From an uncultured delta proteobacterium (GTDB lineage: Bacteria > Desulfobacterota > Desulfobacteria > Desulfobacterales > B30-G6), in the NCBI GenBank assembly GCA_963823335.1, contig CAWGLD010000008.1, positions 1 through 64,000 on the forward strand: DNA of 64,000 nucleotides. The letters run 5' to 3'. Position 1 is the stretch's first letter; every line of letters begins with the position of its first letter. Shown here one piece after another: positions 1-10,242 of this stretch. The translations under genes were made by a program, and so were the position numbers. The notes under the pieces are model-generated. The model worked only from the letters and a program-made list of their open reading frames with translations, did no database searches and was not told where the DNA came from.

Positions 1-2
1 AT

Positions 3-29
3 TCCCCGCCGCTTGTGGCGGGGAGCTTT
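3..29. repeat. GC-rich hairpin resembling an IS200/IS605-family end
   Basis: TCCCCGCC-GCTTGT-GGCGGGGA followed by GCTTT at the window edge; no transposase in view. Confidence 0.4.
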
Positions 30-74
30 ACTTTTTATGCAGCAGGTGAGTGAACCTGATGAAAGGAGACGAAA

Positions 75-278
75 ATGGAAATGAAAAAAGTGATGGCGGG
101 ATGGAGCAAAATCTGCCCGGGCTGCAACATTGGACGTAAATATCCGGATTCCTTTATGGGCAAGAAAGTGAGGGATCATTGGGAAAAAGGTTGTGCTACG
201 CATGACGCCTATATTGAGGTGTATGGCAGTGAAGAGCCTTCATCGAACCAAAGCAATGAGACGTCCGACAAGAAATGA
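75..278 (+). CDS. small hypothetical protein with CxxC motif
   Basis: AAAGGAG RBS upstream; CPGC plus later C/H residues. Confidence 0.7.
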   Translation: MEMKKVMAGWSKICPGCNIGRKYPDSFMGKKVRDHWEKGCATHDAYIEVYGSEEPSSNQSNETSDKK

Positions 279-286
279 ACCGAAAA

Positions 287-436
287 AGTGAGCGCTAACC
301 CCGTAGGTTCCACCGTGCGGCAGTGCTTCGCATGCTGCGGGGTTAGCGAGCGAATCTAAATTAGACAGAATTCCTTACGGTCGAGGATTCCTCGTAGGTT
401 CTGCCGTGCGGCAGTGCTTCGCATGCTGCGGGGTTC
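287..436 (+). repeat. REP-like palindromic repeat family A, two tandem copies
   Basis: core CGTAGGTTCyrCCGTGCGGCAGTGCTTCGCATGCTGCGGGGTT twice; reverse-complement copies at 19331-19426 and 56444-56503. Confidence 0.85.
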
Positions 437-751
437 TTCAATAATTATTTGTACTATTAACTTGTGTTTCTCCATAACGGTCTTACTATATTAGTATTAG
501 AATTACTCCAAACCTCCCCTGTGGATAGGGGGGAGGCAATTCACTTCAAATACCTTCTGAAACCATCATATCAGATAATACCCCAAGGCGGCGCTGTGCG
601 GCAAAATCATTGGATGCGCGGCTGGTTATGTTACCTTAATGAAAATACTCAAATGATGCATGCGTTGCTTCTAATGGAATTAATGTGATCTGTCGTGAGC
701 TTCAGGTGCCATTTGGTTCATATACATGAAAAATAAAAAGGGAGATATCAA

Positions 752-1102
752 ATGAAACCAGAAACTGCAGGAAAATTCAAGTACGGAGGTTGGGGGATCG
801 TTTGTGGAGCAATTATCGCCATGATCGTCGGTTTTGGGTGGGGTGGCTGGTCAACCGCCGCCACGACCCAAAAGATGAGCGAAGAATCGGTTTTGGCAAG
901 TCAGGCAGCGATCTGCGTCGCCCAATTTATGAAGCAACCGGCCAATGAAGAGAAACTTAAAGAATTAGGGGAAATAGATTCATGGAAGAGAGCTGACTTC
1001 ATTGAAAAAGGGGGCTGGGATAAAATGCCCGGGCAGGAAAAGGCTGACTATGCTGTAGCCCGAGCATGCTCCGATGGGCTTGAGCTTCTTATCAAAAAAT
1101 AA
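752..1102 (+). CDS. conserved hypothetical membrane-anchored protein
   Basis: GGGAG RBS; N-terminal TM with GFGWGGW; Cys pair. Confidence 0.8.
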   Translation: MKPETAGKFKYGGWGIVCGAIIAMIVGFGWGGWSTAATTQKMSEESVLASQAAICVAQFMKQPANEEKLKELGEIDSWKRADFIEKGGWDKMPGQEKADYAVARACSDGLELLIKK

Positions 1103-1276
1103 GATAAATGAAATAGATGTTGAAGGTGATTCATAATTTATTTTATATGGGTCACCTTTTTTTACTGATGATCTAATTTTATAGATCTGCGTTATACAAT
1201 ATACAGGGGTGCCGGTTCTGTTATGAAATCTGATTAACCATCGGATGATGAAACCTAACACCCTGGAGGTGACACA

Positions 1277-1594
1277 ATGAATGACAATCAATCGACAGAA
1301 TCACTTTGGCTAACTGCTCGGCTAAATAAATTCCATAACCAAGTAAGAGATGGAGGTGCCAGTGAATTCGATGCGCATAATATGCTTGAATGGCTTAGAA
1401 AAAACTATATGGATGATTTGATGGCATACCAAGAATCGACAACCATTGAAGATGTTAAGGTTCTGAATCGCAGGGTTGCAAAAATGATGGACGAACTTGT
1501 CTATCGGAAAGAATATTTCATCAAAAGTAAGGATAAGGCGAAAAGTATGAATATTAATGGCGTGACGTCACCCAATACAATTTGGAGAAAATAA
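1277..1594 (+). CDS. hypothetical protein
   Basis: GGAGGT RBS; 105 aa ORF. Confidence 0.65.
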   Translation: MNDNQSTESLWLTARLNKFHNQVRDGGASEFDAHNMLEWLRKNYMDDLMAYQESTTIEDVKVLNRRVAKMMDELVYRKEYFIKSKDKAKSMNINGVTSPNTIWRK

Positions 1595-1668
1595 GATGAA
1601 CAAGATCGAAAAAGTGAGGTTGTTACATAGGCCTTTCCCTGATTCCTTGGTGATAATCAAATGGTATC

Positions 1669-1740
1669 ATGGCTGATGGAACTTGTTAAATGGTTTAACG
1701 ACCGCAAAGGATTCGGATTCATTGAGCAGGAAAATGGATG
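1669..1740 (+). pseudogene. csp: cold-shock protein 5' fragment
   Basis: reads MADGT/VKWFNDRKGFGFIEQENG (RNP1 KGFGFI) with a frameshift, then breaks off. Confidence 0.8.
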
Positions 1741-1810
1741 GCTTGGTGTACTCCGCAGGTGTGGTCATCTCCTGTTTATCCTTTACTTGTAATTCTTTTG
1801 ACTCAGCCAT
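1738..1810 (-). pseudogene. probable Hsp20 5' fragment (second gene of an hsp20 pair)
   Basis: AAGGAGG RBS then MAESKELQVKDKQEMTTPAEYTKP, directly downstream of an Hsp20 3' end. Confidence 0.55.
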
Positions 1811-1840
1811 ATTTCTGCCCTCCTTCATCATCCATTGAAT

Positions 1841-2041
1841 TTAATTGATCGTGATTTGTTTTGGTTTGGCTTTCTCAGATTTGGCAATGGCGACCGTCAA
1901 AACGCCATTGATCATTTTGGTCTCAATCTTGTCGGCATCGATAGCACCAGGGAGCCTGATTACCCGGGAAAAGATGCCGGGCTTCACGTTCCTTTCGATA
2001 GACATCTCACCTTTATCACCTTCGGATAGGCTTGACTCCAT
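1841..2041 (-). pseudogene. Hsp20/alpha-crystallin C-terminal fragment
   Basis: FSRVIRLP...IDADKIETKMINGVLTVAIAK...KPKQITIN; N-terminal half absent. Confidence 0.8.
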
Positions 2042-2103
2042 TATTGATAAAATTTTCCTGTTTCCACCCTCTTATTCATTGTACAAGTATATGCTTGAAC
2101 AGA

Positions 2104-2714
2104 TCAAAGTAATTTTACTTCGAGGAGGGACATCTTAATATGCTCGGTGGCGGATTCCGTTAATCGTTTGGCATCCTGATTACGAATAGCGGAAATGATT
2201 TCGAGTGCGGACTTGAAGTAGTTCTCCTTGTCCTTTTCAATGGGAGAGAGCCAATACCGCAGGCATTGGCCGATAATCCTGGAAAGCAAAACAAAAAGCA
2301 CTTGATTATCAGTGGCCTTGAGAAGTGTCTCATGGAATCTCTGGTCAAGTTCTCCGAAAGACCTGGCCGGTTCTTCTGGACTCATTTCGCGCATTTCTCG
2401 TTCTATGTCCCAAAGCTCCTGCTGTACGGCTTCTGTTATGCGTTGCATAGCCCAAATATAGGCCTCAGGCTCCATTAGTAACCGGATTTCAATATTGTCC
2501 TTAAGGCGTTTAATTGTTAATGGAGTAACCATGAAATGACTGCCATGGCGTAAGAGCCAGCCCTCTCCCTGCAGCAGGATCAGTGCCTCTTTGACAGGAG
2601 TGCGGCTGATTCCGAAACTAGAGCCAAGTCGCTGACATTGATTATGTGCTCGGGCTCCATTTCAAGATGGATTATTTTGTTTCGCAGAATTTCGTGGATT
2701 TTTTTGGGGTCCAT
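2104..2714 (-). CDS. GntR (FadR/FCD) transcriptional regulator, frameshifted
   Basis: upstream frames give MDPKKIHEILRNKII and FGISRTPVKEAL (wHTH); FCD domain with DQRFH in 2104-2532. Confidence 0.85.
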
Positions 2715-3306
2715 AATATCCTTCACCTCAAGTAATACTTCATTAACTTAAGTTAGAATGAGTCACTTGTCATCCATTAAGGAGAGGCTTATACTCCCTA
2801 AAGGGGATGAATACTCAGTTACCAACTATAGCTCTTTTCAAAACATCTCATTTGGGCCACCCTTCATGTTGGATCAAGCTGAAAAATTTTGAAAGTCTCA
2901 TTACTGATCAACATATTCCTTTATGGAATCCAATACCGATTTTTTCGGCTGCACTTTTATCGACGCCCCTGATAAATAACAACTTGTCACATCCTGCTTT
3001 CTCCGGAACAATTGGGCTTTTTTGGATTACTATAGCATAATAGCAGATTAATTTAGAGTAATTAGGCTTGAATACAATCAGTATACGTTTAGGGTCACCT
3101 GTCTGTCAATATAGAAAAATCCACCTGAAGATACTTAGATATATCCTTTAAAAATCCCCATCGGGCGAAGGTCTGGATATAAGAATATCTCTCAAGAGAA
3201 TACTACTGTGGATCATATGAAGACATAAGGTCCATTTTATCAGCGCCAATTCGCCTACAATGTTGTTCGCTGGGTCCGGAGTTCTGACCACTCACCATAC
3301 CCCGAC

Positions 3307-4762
3307 TTATTTCTTATACCTCAATAATCTTCTGGATTTTATTGAGTACATCCAAAGACTTCGGTTGAATCTGGTGTTCAGCCAGAATACGTTTCGCCTC
3401 AATATTGCAGCGCTTATACAGATCAATCGCACCTTTCTTTTCCACTCATCGTAATAAGAACGATTAAGAAGTTTCGGGAGAAATTGGGCAGTTATGAAAT
3501 GTTTGAAGGTATGCTCATCGGAAAGAAAAATTTCTCCGGACTCTCCTGTTCCAACTCTCCTGATGGCGTCAATGGCCAAGGTATCTTCATTCACCAGGAT
3601 TCCCTGGACAAAGAACTTGCACATTTCCACCAATTCATTGCCCATGGTTACCATTTCCAGGCAAGATGTGTTGCCGTATTCAATGTAACCGACGTCGTGG
3701 ATCAGGTTGCAGCGAGACAACATGGAGGTTGCAATGGAGAACATCGATTCCGCACCCGCCTGCGCATCCATGGTTTTCGAGTCAGTTGCACCGGCATAAG
3801 CCCACACCGGCAAACCGTAAATCTCATCGCGCATCTGTGCCAGGGCAGCCTGGGTAAGACTCCATTCCGGACAGCCGTAGGAGATGATGCCCGATTTCAT
3901 GTCCAGTACGCTGACGTTGGGGCCAAAAAGGAAGGGGCATACCCCGACCCGCCAGTTGGTGAATCGTAAGGCCGGCCAGGTTCTCTAGCAATACCCATCG
4001 CCATAGCTCCGGCCATGGTCGCAGGGGCTCCTCCGCCCGCGTTGGAGCCCGAAGGTAGACAAACTGGAATTGCCTTTTGAGCACAGAAAACAAGCTTATC
4101 CATTACATGGGCGGGAAAACGAAGAGGGCTTATTGCTTCCGAATAGTTCAACAAAAAAGGCTTTTGTCTGAGGTTTTCCTCGCCACCGGCCACCGCGCAG
4201 GCGATTTCATGTATCTTGGCGATATCACGTCCGCCGTCCGCTATAAAGACGATGGGTTTGTTCGTATTCTTCACCATTTCGGCAAAAGAATAGACATAGA
4301 TATTGTCAACCGGGGCATCTTCCGGGTTGGACATAGACATTGCAAAAGAGATGTTTTCCAGTCCATCCACAAGGCGGGCAAAGTTGGCGGTGTCCTGGAG
4401 GCGCGAACGGCGGCGGTCGCCGCTTTCCAGATCGAGGGTGAAGGTCGTGTCAGAACCTGTTCCGTAGAAGAGATTGTTGTCGACCAGGGGCATCGCTTTG
4501 TTTCCCAACTGGTCGTACAGTGCGATTTGTCTAGGTGCCGATCTTCAGGGCATCTTCAACAAGAAAGGACGGAATACGGACCCAGTCGCCCTTGCCGGCC
4601 CTGCATCCTTTGTCCAGAAGCGTCCGGCGCACTTCCTGATGCTCCATTTTGATACCAATTTTCTCCAACACTTCTAAAGCAGCCGTATGAATTGCCAGGG
4701 CCTGTTCGACGGTTGATAACCTTCATGTACGGCTGCAAAGTAGGGATTTGTATTTGAGACAT
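3307..4762 (-). CDS. MttB-superfamily (non-pyrrolysine) corrinoid methyltransferase, frameshifted into 3 or more ORFs
   Basis: YGTGSD, TNKPIVF, EAISPL, APATMAG, GATDSKTMDAQAGAE, NLIHDVGY motifs. Confidence 0.88.
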
Positions 4763-4832
4763 TCCATTTCCTTCTTCGTTAATAATAACTTTGTACTAGC
4801 TTGAATGCATCATAGATCAGGAGAAAAGACAA

Positions 4833-5622
4833 ATGTGGCAACAGAGCAGAGATATGGGGATAAAAACTGCGGTGGGCCGTAAGAACAGGCACTGTTATGG
4901 TATGGGACTAGGGGTACTGCTCCTGGATGAGGTTTACCCCGGGTTTCCCGGTGACGTCCGGAATGCCAGCGGTTTCCCTTACCCAATACAGTACGAAATA
5001 GTCGAAGGCGTGGATATCCAGGCGCTTGTGTATCAAAAAGACAAATCTGCCTGCCTAGAGCCGTTAAAAAGAGCCGCCCAAAGACTTGAGTACATGGGCT
5101 GCCGGGCGATCGTGGCCGAATGCGGTTATTTTTCTTATTTTCAAAAGGAAGTAGCGGCCAGCGTTAACGTACCTGTATTCATGTCCAGCCTGCTGCAGAT
5201 ACCCTGGGCTCAACAGGTTATAGGATCGAACAAGGTGGTTGGCATTCTCATGAGCTGCAAAGCCGTTCTGCAGGACGAGCACCTAATAAACGTAGGCGTT
5301 GAGCTGGGAAGCAACTATGTCATCGGCGGGGTGATGGATGACAACGCCTGTCCCCAGTTTCATAACCTCTGGACCGAAGGTGTTCGACCGGAAATTCCTC
5401 AGGCCCTATACGAAAAAGCCGAAAAGGAATTTTTGGAGCAGGCGGTAAATTTTTTTTGAGTCCCACTCGAACATGGGGGCCATGGTGCTGGAATGCACCG
5501 GTTTCCCGCCTTTTGCCCGAGCGTTGCAAAGGGAAATAGATATCCCGGTATTCAGTTGGGGAACGCTGTTCGATTTTGCCTATTCAATAGTCGCGCATCG
5601 TGACTACTATGGGCATATATGA
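4833..5622 (+). CDS. aspartate/glutamate racemase-family protein, frameshift at poly-T near 5455
   Basis: PGDVRNA, AECGYF, VPVFMSSLLQ; continues in another frame with VLECTGFPPF to TGA at 5620-5622. Confidence 0.85.
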
Positions 5623-5627
5623 ACGAC

Positions 5628-5652
5628 AATCCCCCGCTTAAGCCGGGGGATT
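5628..5652. terminator. hairpin after racemase (terminator or IS605-like end)
   Basis: AATCCCCCG-CTTAAGC-CGGGGGATT. Confidence 0.45.
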
Positions 5653-5825
5653 ACGGCGGGCGCGTCGAATGGAATCCGACTCCGTGCGCCCGCACTAAGA
5701 GAACTTTTTAGCGGTGGAATTAATCTTCACCATTACGAATGTCCGAAACTCCGACCACAGTCGGAGCACGTCTTGGTCGTCCCATCCGGGACTTTTGCGA
5801 AATCTTCCCTTCGCCTGAGGCGACA

Positions 5826-7232
5826 CTAGAGCATTCTTTTGAGTTTGGAGAGCGTCGACGGCGGTAGAGGTTCCACCGGGGGACGTCTCGCCAAATCACG
5901 GACCATGGAGTTGACCCGTTTCTTTAAACTTAGGCCTCCGTTCTGCTTCCACTGGATATAACTCGAGCGGTCAAGAAGCCGGGGATGCCAGTCTTCCCGG
6001 AAATAACGGAAGGTGTGTTCTGTGTCCAGAAAATTGCACTCCGGGGCGGCCTGGTCAATGATATCCAGAACCAGGGTTTCGTCATTTACCCGCAGTGGAT
6101 TTAGGAATTTTTTCAGCCAGCCAATTATCTCATCACAAAATACGACAAGCTCAAAGCTCCCGGTCATGGCCGAATCCAGATAACCCAAATTCTGAATCAG
6201 GTTCGCACCCCGGAAGGTGTTGCTGAAAAGGGTCAGACTTGCGTCGGACGTAGCCTGGCCGTCAAAGACCTTGGAATCACTGGCTCCGGCGGAGCATAAA
6301 GCAGCTAATTGGTAGTGATTGGCAAGAGCGCAACCGTAGGCCCCGGCATCGGGGCTCACATAGAGGTCCACCATGGTTTTCATATCCATTGCTCCAACAC
6401 TGGGATTGTTCAGGATAAACGGCGAACCTTCATGAACCAGCTGAGAGAGCACAAGTCCGCCCAGTTGTCCTGCATTTCCAAGGGCCAGCATGCCCGCCAC
6501 GGTCATGGGCGCTGTGGTTCCCCTGGAATTGCCTGGGGCATAGATAGTAGGAATGTTCTCTGCCGCCGCGTCCATTAGCCGCTGAAGACTCTCCTGGTTG
6601 TGATTAAGTGCATTGACGGTGTTGACATAATTGATAATAAAAGGCCTTTTACCGAGCTCCTCCCGTCCGTGCACCTCTGACGCCATGCTAATTGCTTCTG
6701 TGGTGCAGTCCTGGGCCACACCCGTAAAGACGATGGGTTTGATATTCTCGTTAAGCATCACCAGCATCTGGTGGCGGCCGTAATTTTCGGCCGACACATC
6801 CGATGGGACGAACATCGACATGACAAAATCAATGTTTGAAAGGCCGGAAACCAGTTTCATTCCCTGGGAAATATCACCCAGAACGGCTTTGCGACGGTTG
6901 CCGTCATCAATATCGTAGATATATATACTGTCCGATCCCACACCGTAATAACTGGTGCGGCGGTTTCCTCCGATCAGCATAGCCGGTTCCAGGTTGCGGT
7001 TGTAAATAGTCAGCTCCTTCGAGACCGTTCGCAGAGCCCACTCAACCAAACTTGGTTTGATTTTCACAATATTGCCGTCAATATCGGCGCCGGCTTTTTT
7101 GAAAAGTTCCAGAGCTCCCCGATGGTGGAAGGCCAACCCTGTTTTTTGTAAAATATGCAATGACCCCTCGTGAAGCTTTTGAACCTCAGACAGGCTAGCA
7201 GGACGGTATTCGTTGGACATTATCTCAGACAT
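5826..7232 (-). CDS. MttB-superfamily (non-pyrrolysine) corrinoid methyltransferase
   Basis: YGVGSD, TAPMTVAG, GASDSKVFDGQA, GANLIQNLGYL; no in-frame amber codon; start after GAGGAG. Confidence 0.9.
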   Translation of the reverse strand: MSEIMSNEYRPASLSEVQKLHEGSLHILQKTGLAFHHRGALELFKKAGADIDGNIVKIKPSLVEWALRTVSKELTIYNRNLEPAMLIGGNRRTSYYGVGSDSIYIYDIDDGNRRKAVLGDISQGMKLVSGLSNIDFVMSMFVPSDVSAENYGRHQMLVMLNENIKPIVFTGVAQDCTTEAISMASEVHGREELGKRPFIINYVNTVNALNHNQESLQRLMDAAAENIPTIYAPGNSRGTTAPMTVAGMLALGNAGQLGGLVLSQLVHEGSPFILNNPSVGAMDMKTMVDLYVSPDAGAYGCALANHYQLAALCSAGASDSKVFDGQATSDASLTLFSNTFRGANLIQNLGYLDSAMTGSFELVVFCDEIIGWLKKFLNPLRVNDETLVLDIIDQAAPECNFLDTEHTFRYFREDWHPRLLDRSSYIQWKQNGGLSLKKRVNSMVRDLARRPPVEPLPPSTLSKLKRML

Positions 7233-7257
7233 TGAAATTGACTTCTCCTCAAGAAAA

Positions 7258-8676
7258 TTACAGTTTTGGAATAGGCTTCCAGAAACTGGTTGCCTTCTCA
7301 AATGCCCGGGCAGCATTCAATATAAGCAGCTCCTCAAAAGGTCGGCCGACAATTTGGAGGCCTACGGGGAGCCCTGCCTTAGTAAACCCGCAGGGTAGGG
7401 TCAGCGCGGGGTTTCCGGTCAAGTTAAAAACTTCGTTATACTGAGTCATAGCCCTGACGACACCAATCTGCTCCTTGCCGACAGTAACCAGGGCTTGTCC
7501 TGGCAAGCTGGCAGGGACGGGCATGGCCGGGCCGACGATGAGGTCTACTTTCTCAAAAAGATGCTTAGTATCTGCGACAAGTAGTGTTCTGGCTTTTTGA
7601 GCCCTCAAATAGTCGGCGGCCGATATCAACAACCCAGCCTCCAGTCGCAATCTCAAGGCTGGCAAAAGCCTCTGGCCGTCGTTCTTCACCAGCTCCTCAT
7701 AAGCGGAAGATGCTTCAGACAGAAGAATGAAATTGCTTATGTTTTCCGCATAGACCAGCATGGGCCAGGGTGGTTCCAATATTTCTGCCCCTAATTCCTT
7801 CAGCACGTTAACGGCATTTTCGACCCAGTACCTCACTTCCGGGTCCATGGGAAGCTTCCAGTATTCAACCGGAAGACCAATTCTCAGACCCTTGATGCCC
7901 CGGTTCAAAGGGACCGAAAAATTCGGTATGGACATTTTGGCGGAAGATGGGTCTTGAGTGTCATATCCACTCAGGGCCTGCATAACGATTGCGCAGTCTT
8001 CCGCCCGCCGGGTCAAGGGGCCGGGATGATCAAGGCTCCAAGCTAACGCTTGCATTCCATGGCGACTGATGCGTCCATAGGTTGGTTTCAGGGCTACTAC
8101 TCCGCACCAAGCGGCAGGGATGCGCAGTGATCCACCGCTGTCACTGCCCACGGAAAATGGGCAAAAGCCCGCAGCCACAGCCGCCCCTGATCCACCGCTG
8201 GATCCACCGGAGATGTGGTTTAAATCCCAGGGCGTAAACGTATGGCCGAAGTCGTATCCCGGTTCTGTAGCAAAGGGACCATAAGCCAGTGGGTTCATGT
8301 TCTGCTTGCCAAGCAGGATGGCCCCTGCCTGCTGAAGACGAATCGTCACCGTACTGTCTATTGTCGATATATTTTCATGAAAAAGCCTGCTGCCTAATGT
8401 GAAACGTTTGCCCCGAACCATGAAAAGATCTTTCAAGCCAAAAGGAATTCCATGTAGCGGGCCACTGTAAGCACCTTTTAAAATTTCCTGTTCCGCCTTC
8501 CGGGCCTTGGATAGAGCGTCATTTCGGAAAAGCGTGATAAATGAATTGATTTTACCGTCATGAGCTTCGATACGATCCAGGCAGGCTGTGACCAGTTCAA
8601 CCGGCGATATTTCGCCCCTGCTGAGAAGGTCGGACAGCTCCTTAATGCCCATGAAGCAAAGGTCAGTTGCGGGCAT
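7258..8676 (-). CDS. amidase signature family protein (GatA/AtzE-like)
   Basis: PLHGIPFGLKD, GGSSGGSGAAV, GSDSGGSLRIPA. Confidence 0.93.
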   Translation of the reverse strand: MPATDLCFMGIKELSDLLSRGEISPVELVTACLDRIEAHDGKINSFITLFRNDALSKARKAEQEILKGAYSGPLHGIPFGLKDLFMVRGKRFTLGSRLFHENISTIDSTVTIRLQQAGAILLGKQNMNPLAYGPFATEPGYDFGHTFTPWDLNHISGGSSGGSGAAVAAGFCPFSVGSDSGGSLRIPAAWCGVVALKPTYGRISRHGMQALAWSLDHPGPLTRRAEDCAIVMQALSGYDTQDPSSAKMSIPNFSVPLNRGIKGLRIGLPVEYWKLPMDPEVRYWVENAVNVLKELGAEILEPPWPMLVYAENISNFILLSEASSAYEELVKNDGQRLLPALRLRLEAGLLISAADYLRAQKARTLLVADTKHLFEKVDLIVGPAMPVPASLPGQALVTVGKEQIGVVRAMTQYNEVFNLTGNPALTLPCGFTKAGLPVGLQIVGRPFEELLILNAARAFEKATSFWKPIPKL

Positions 8677-8682
8677 GTGGAT

Positions 8683-8967
8683 TCATTCCTCCGAAAAGGG
8701 CCTGATGCTGAAAAACAGGGCCGGTTCCACCTGTTCCAGATTCAGTTCCTGAATGGATCTGGTTTTTCCGAAAACACGTGTCATTTGGTCCGCCGTTTCT
8801 TCATCCCCGGAATGATCCTGTCCCGGTTGCGGTTTTAAGATGGCGAACAATCGGCGGCTGTAATCGTAAAGCTCGCTTTTAAGAAGACTCTCTGATAATT
8901 CAAGGCCATTTATGGCTGTCAACAGCGAAAATGCTTTTCGTTCCATGGTCGAAAACCCTCCGATCAT
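8683..8967 (-). CDS. small protein, possible GatC/AtzG-like amidase partner
   Basis: coupled between hutI and the amidase; ends LEQVEPALFF. Confidence 0.55.
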   Translation of the reverse strand: MIGGFSTMERKAFSLLTAINGLELSESLLKSELYDYSRRLFAILKPQPGQDHSGDEETADQMTRVFGKTRSIQELNLEQVEPALFFSIRPFSEE

Positions 8968-10242
8968 TGGGAAAGGCAGTTATCCCATACAATTTTACCT
9001 TTTTTGATAACAGTGGAGGCCAATCCGCCACTGGGATTAGCGCATAACTGCAGGTGATTTGCAACATCCCAGATTACGATATCAGCCTGTTTGCCGGGTT
9101 CCATTGATCCGATTTTATCCCCTCGACCAATGGCATATGCAGAATTGATTGTTGCCGCGGTTAGCGCTTCAGCCGGACTCATTCCAGCGCTGTAGCATCC
9201 CAGAGCTATGACCAGAGACAATGATTCAACAGGACAACTAGGATTGAAATCAGTACCCAGGGCCACGGCCAGTCCGGCATCTATGAACCGGCGTGCGTCT
9301 AATGGAATATTCAGGCGATGTACTATGGGGATGGCCGGCAGCAGGACGGCCATGACTCCGGCCCGCTGCATGGCTTTCAGATCCTCCGGACTGGCGTGTA
9401 GACAGTGTTCTGCACTTATCGCTCCACACCGAGCTGCCAGGGCGGCCCCGCCTACGTGGGCAAATTCGTCGGCGTGCACCTTGGGCATCAAACCAAATTT
9501 TTTAGCTACGGAAAAAAGCCGCTCGGTCTGTTCCGGAGGAAAAGTAACACCGCTATCGTAAAACCTGGCCAGACGCCGTTTGGCCACTTGTGGAATCATT
9601 TCCTTTATGATTAGTTCGAGAAAATCTTCCGGTTGATTGGCATACTCAGGCGGAATGTCGTGAGCCCCAAACAAAGTGGGTACGATTTCCACCGGACCTT
9701 CCTGGTTCAGTCTCTGCATGGCCTCAAGAAGTCGAATTTCTCCCTGGGTGTTCAGTGCATAGCCACTCTTGGCTTCTATCGTTGTGACACCGTTTCTCAT
9801 CATCCGGCGCAGGACCGTGCGGGCCTGGGACAGTAACGTTTCCATGTCGGCATCTCTTGTATGCCTTACCGATGCCAGCACGCCTCCGCCCATGCTCTCT
9901 ATTTCCGCATAGCTCAGCCCTTTCTCAATTTTCAAGCGGAATTCGTTCTCACGGGAACCGGCGAACACCAGATGCGTGTGGGCATCCACCAGTCCAGGGG
10001 AACCAAGCCGGCCCTTGGCGTTAATCAGTCTAGTTTTCGGACCGGGCTTGAATCTGCTCGCAACCTCTTCTTCAGGACCTGCGGCCACTATCAAGCCTGC
10101 GGTCACGGCAACCATCCCATTTTTAACAGCGGCGATTTTATCCATATCCCGCCCACAACGGGGACCGCTCTCTCGTCGAAGACAGTGTCACAAGTTCTCC
10201 AACGTTATGGATCAGCATATCCGGGTGTCTGAAATCATCCAT
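8964..10242 (-). CDS. hutI: imidazolonepropionase-like amidohydrolase, 5' frameshift near 10150
   Basis: DAHTHLVFAGSRENEF, EAKSGY, GAH, HADE, TDFNP; likely start ATG 10242 overlaps the hutH stop (MLIHNVGELVT). Confidence 0.92.

Noticed and set aside
287-436. Integron attC sites or CRISPR repeats
   Set aside because: TAAC...GTTA ends are suggestive, but the boxes deviate from RYYYAAC/GTTRRRY, copies are dispersed in both orientations, and no integrase, cas gene or regular spacers are present
3307-7232. Pyrrolysine or selenocysteine recoding in mttB genes
   Set aside because: Breaks are frame changes, not in-frame TAG/TGA; the Pyl region has ordinary codons
7258-8967. gatCAB tRNA amidotransferase
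   Set aside because: No gatB, and the context is catabolic
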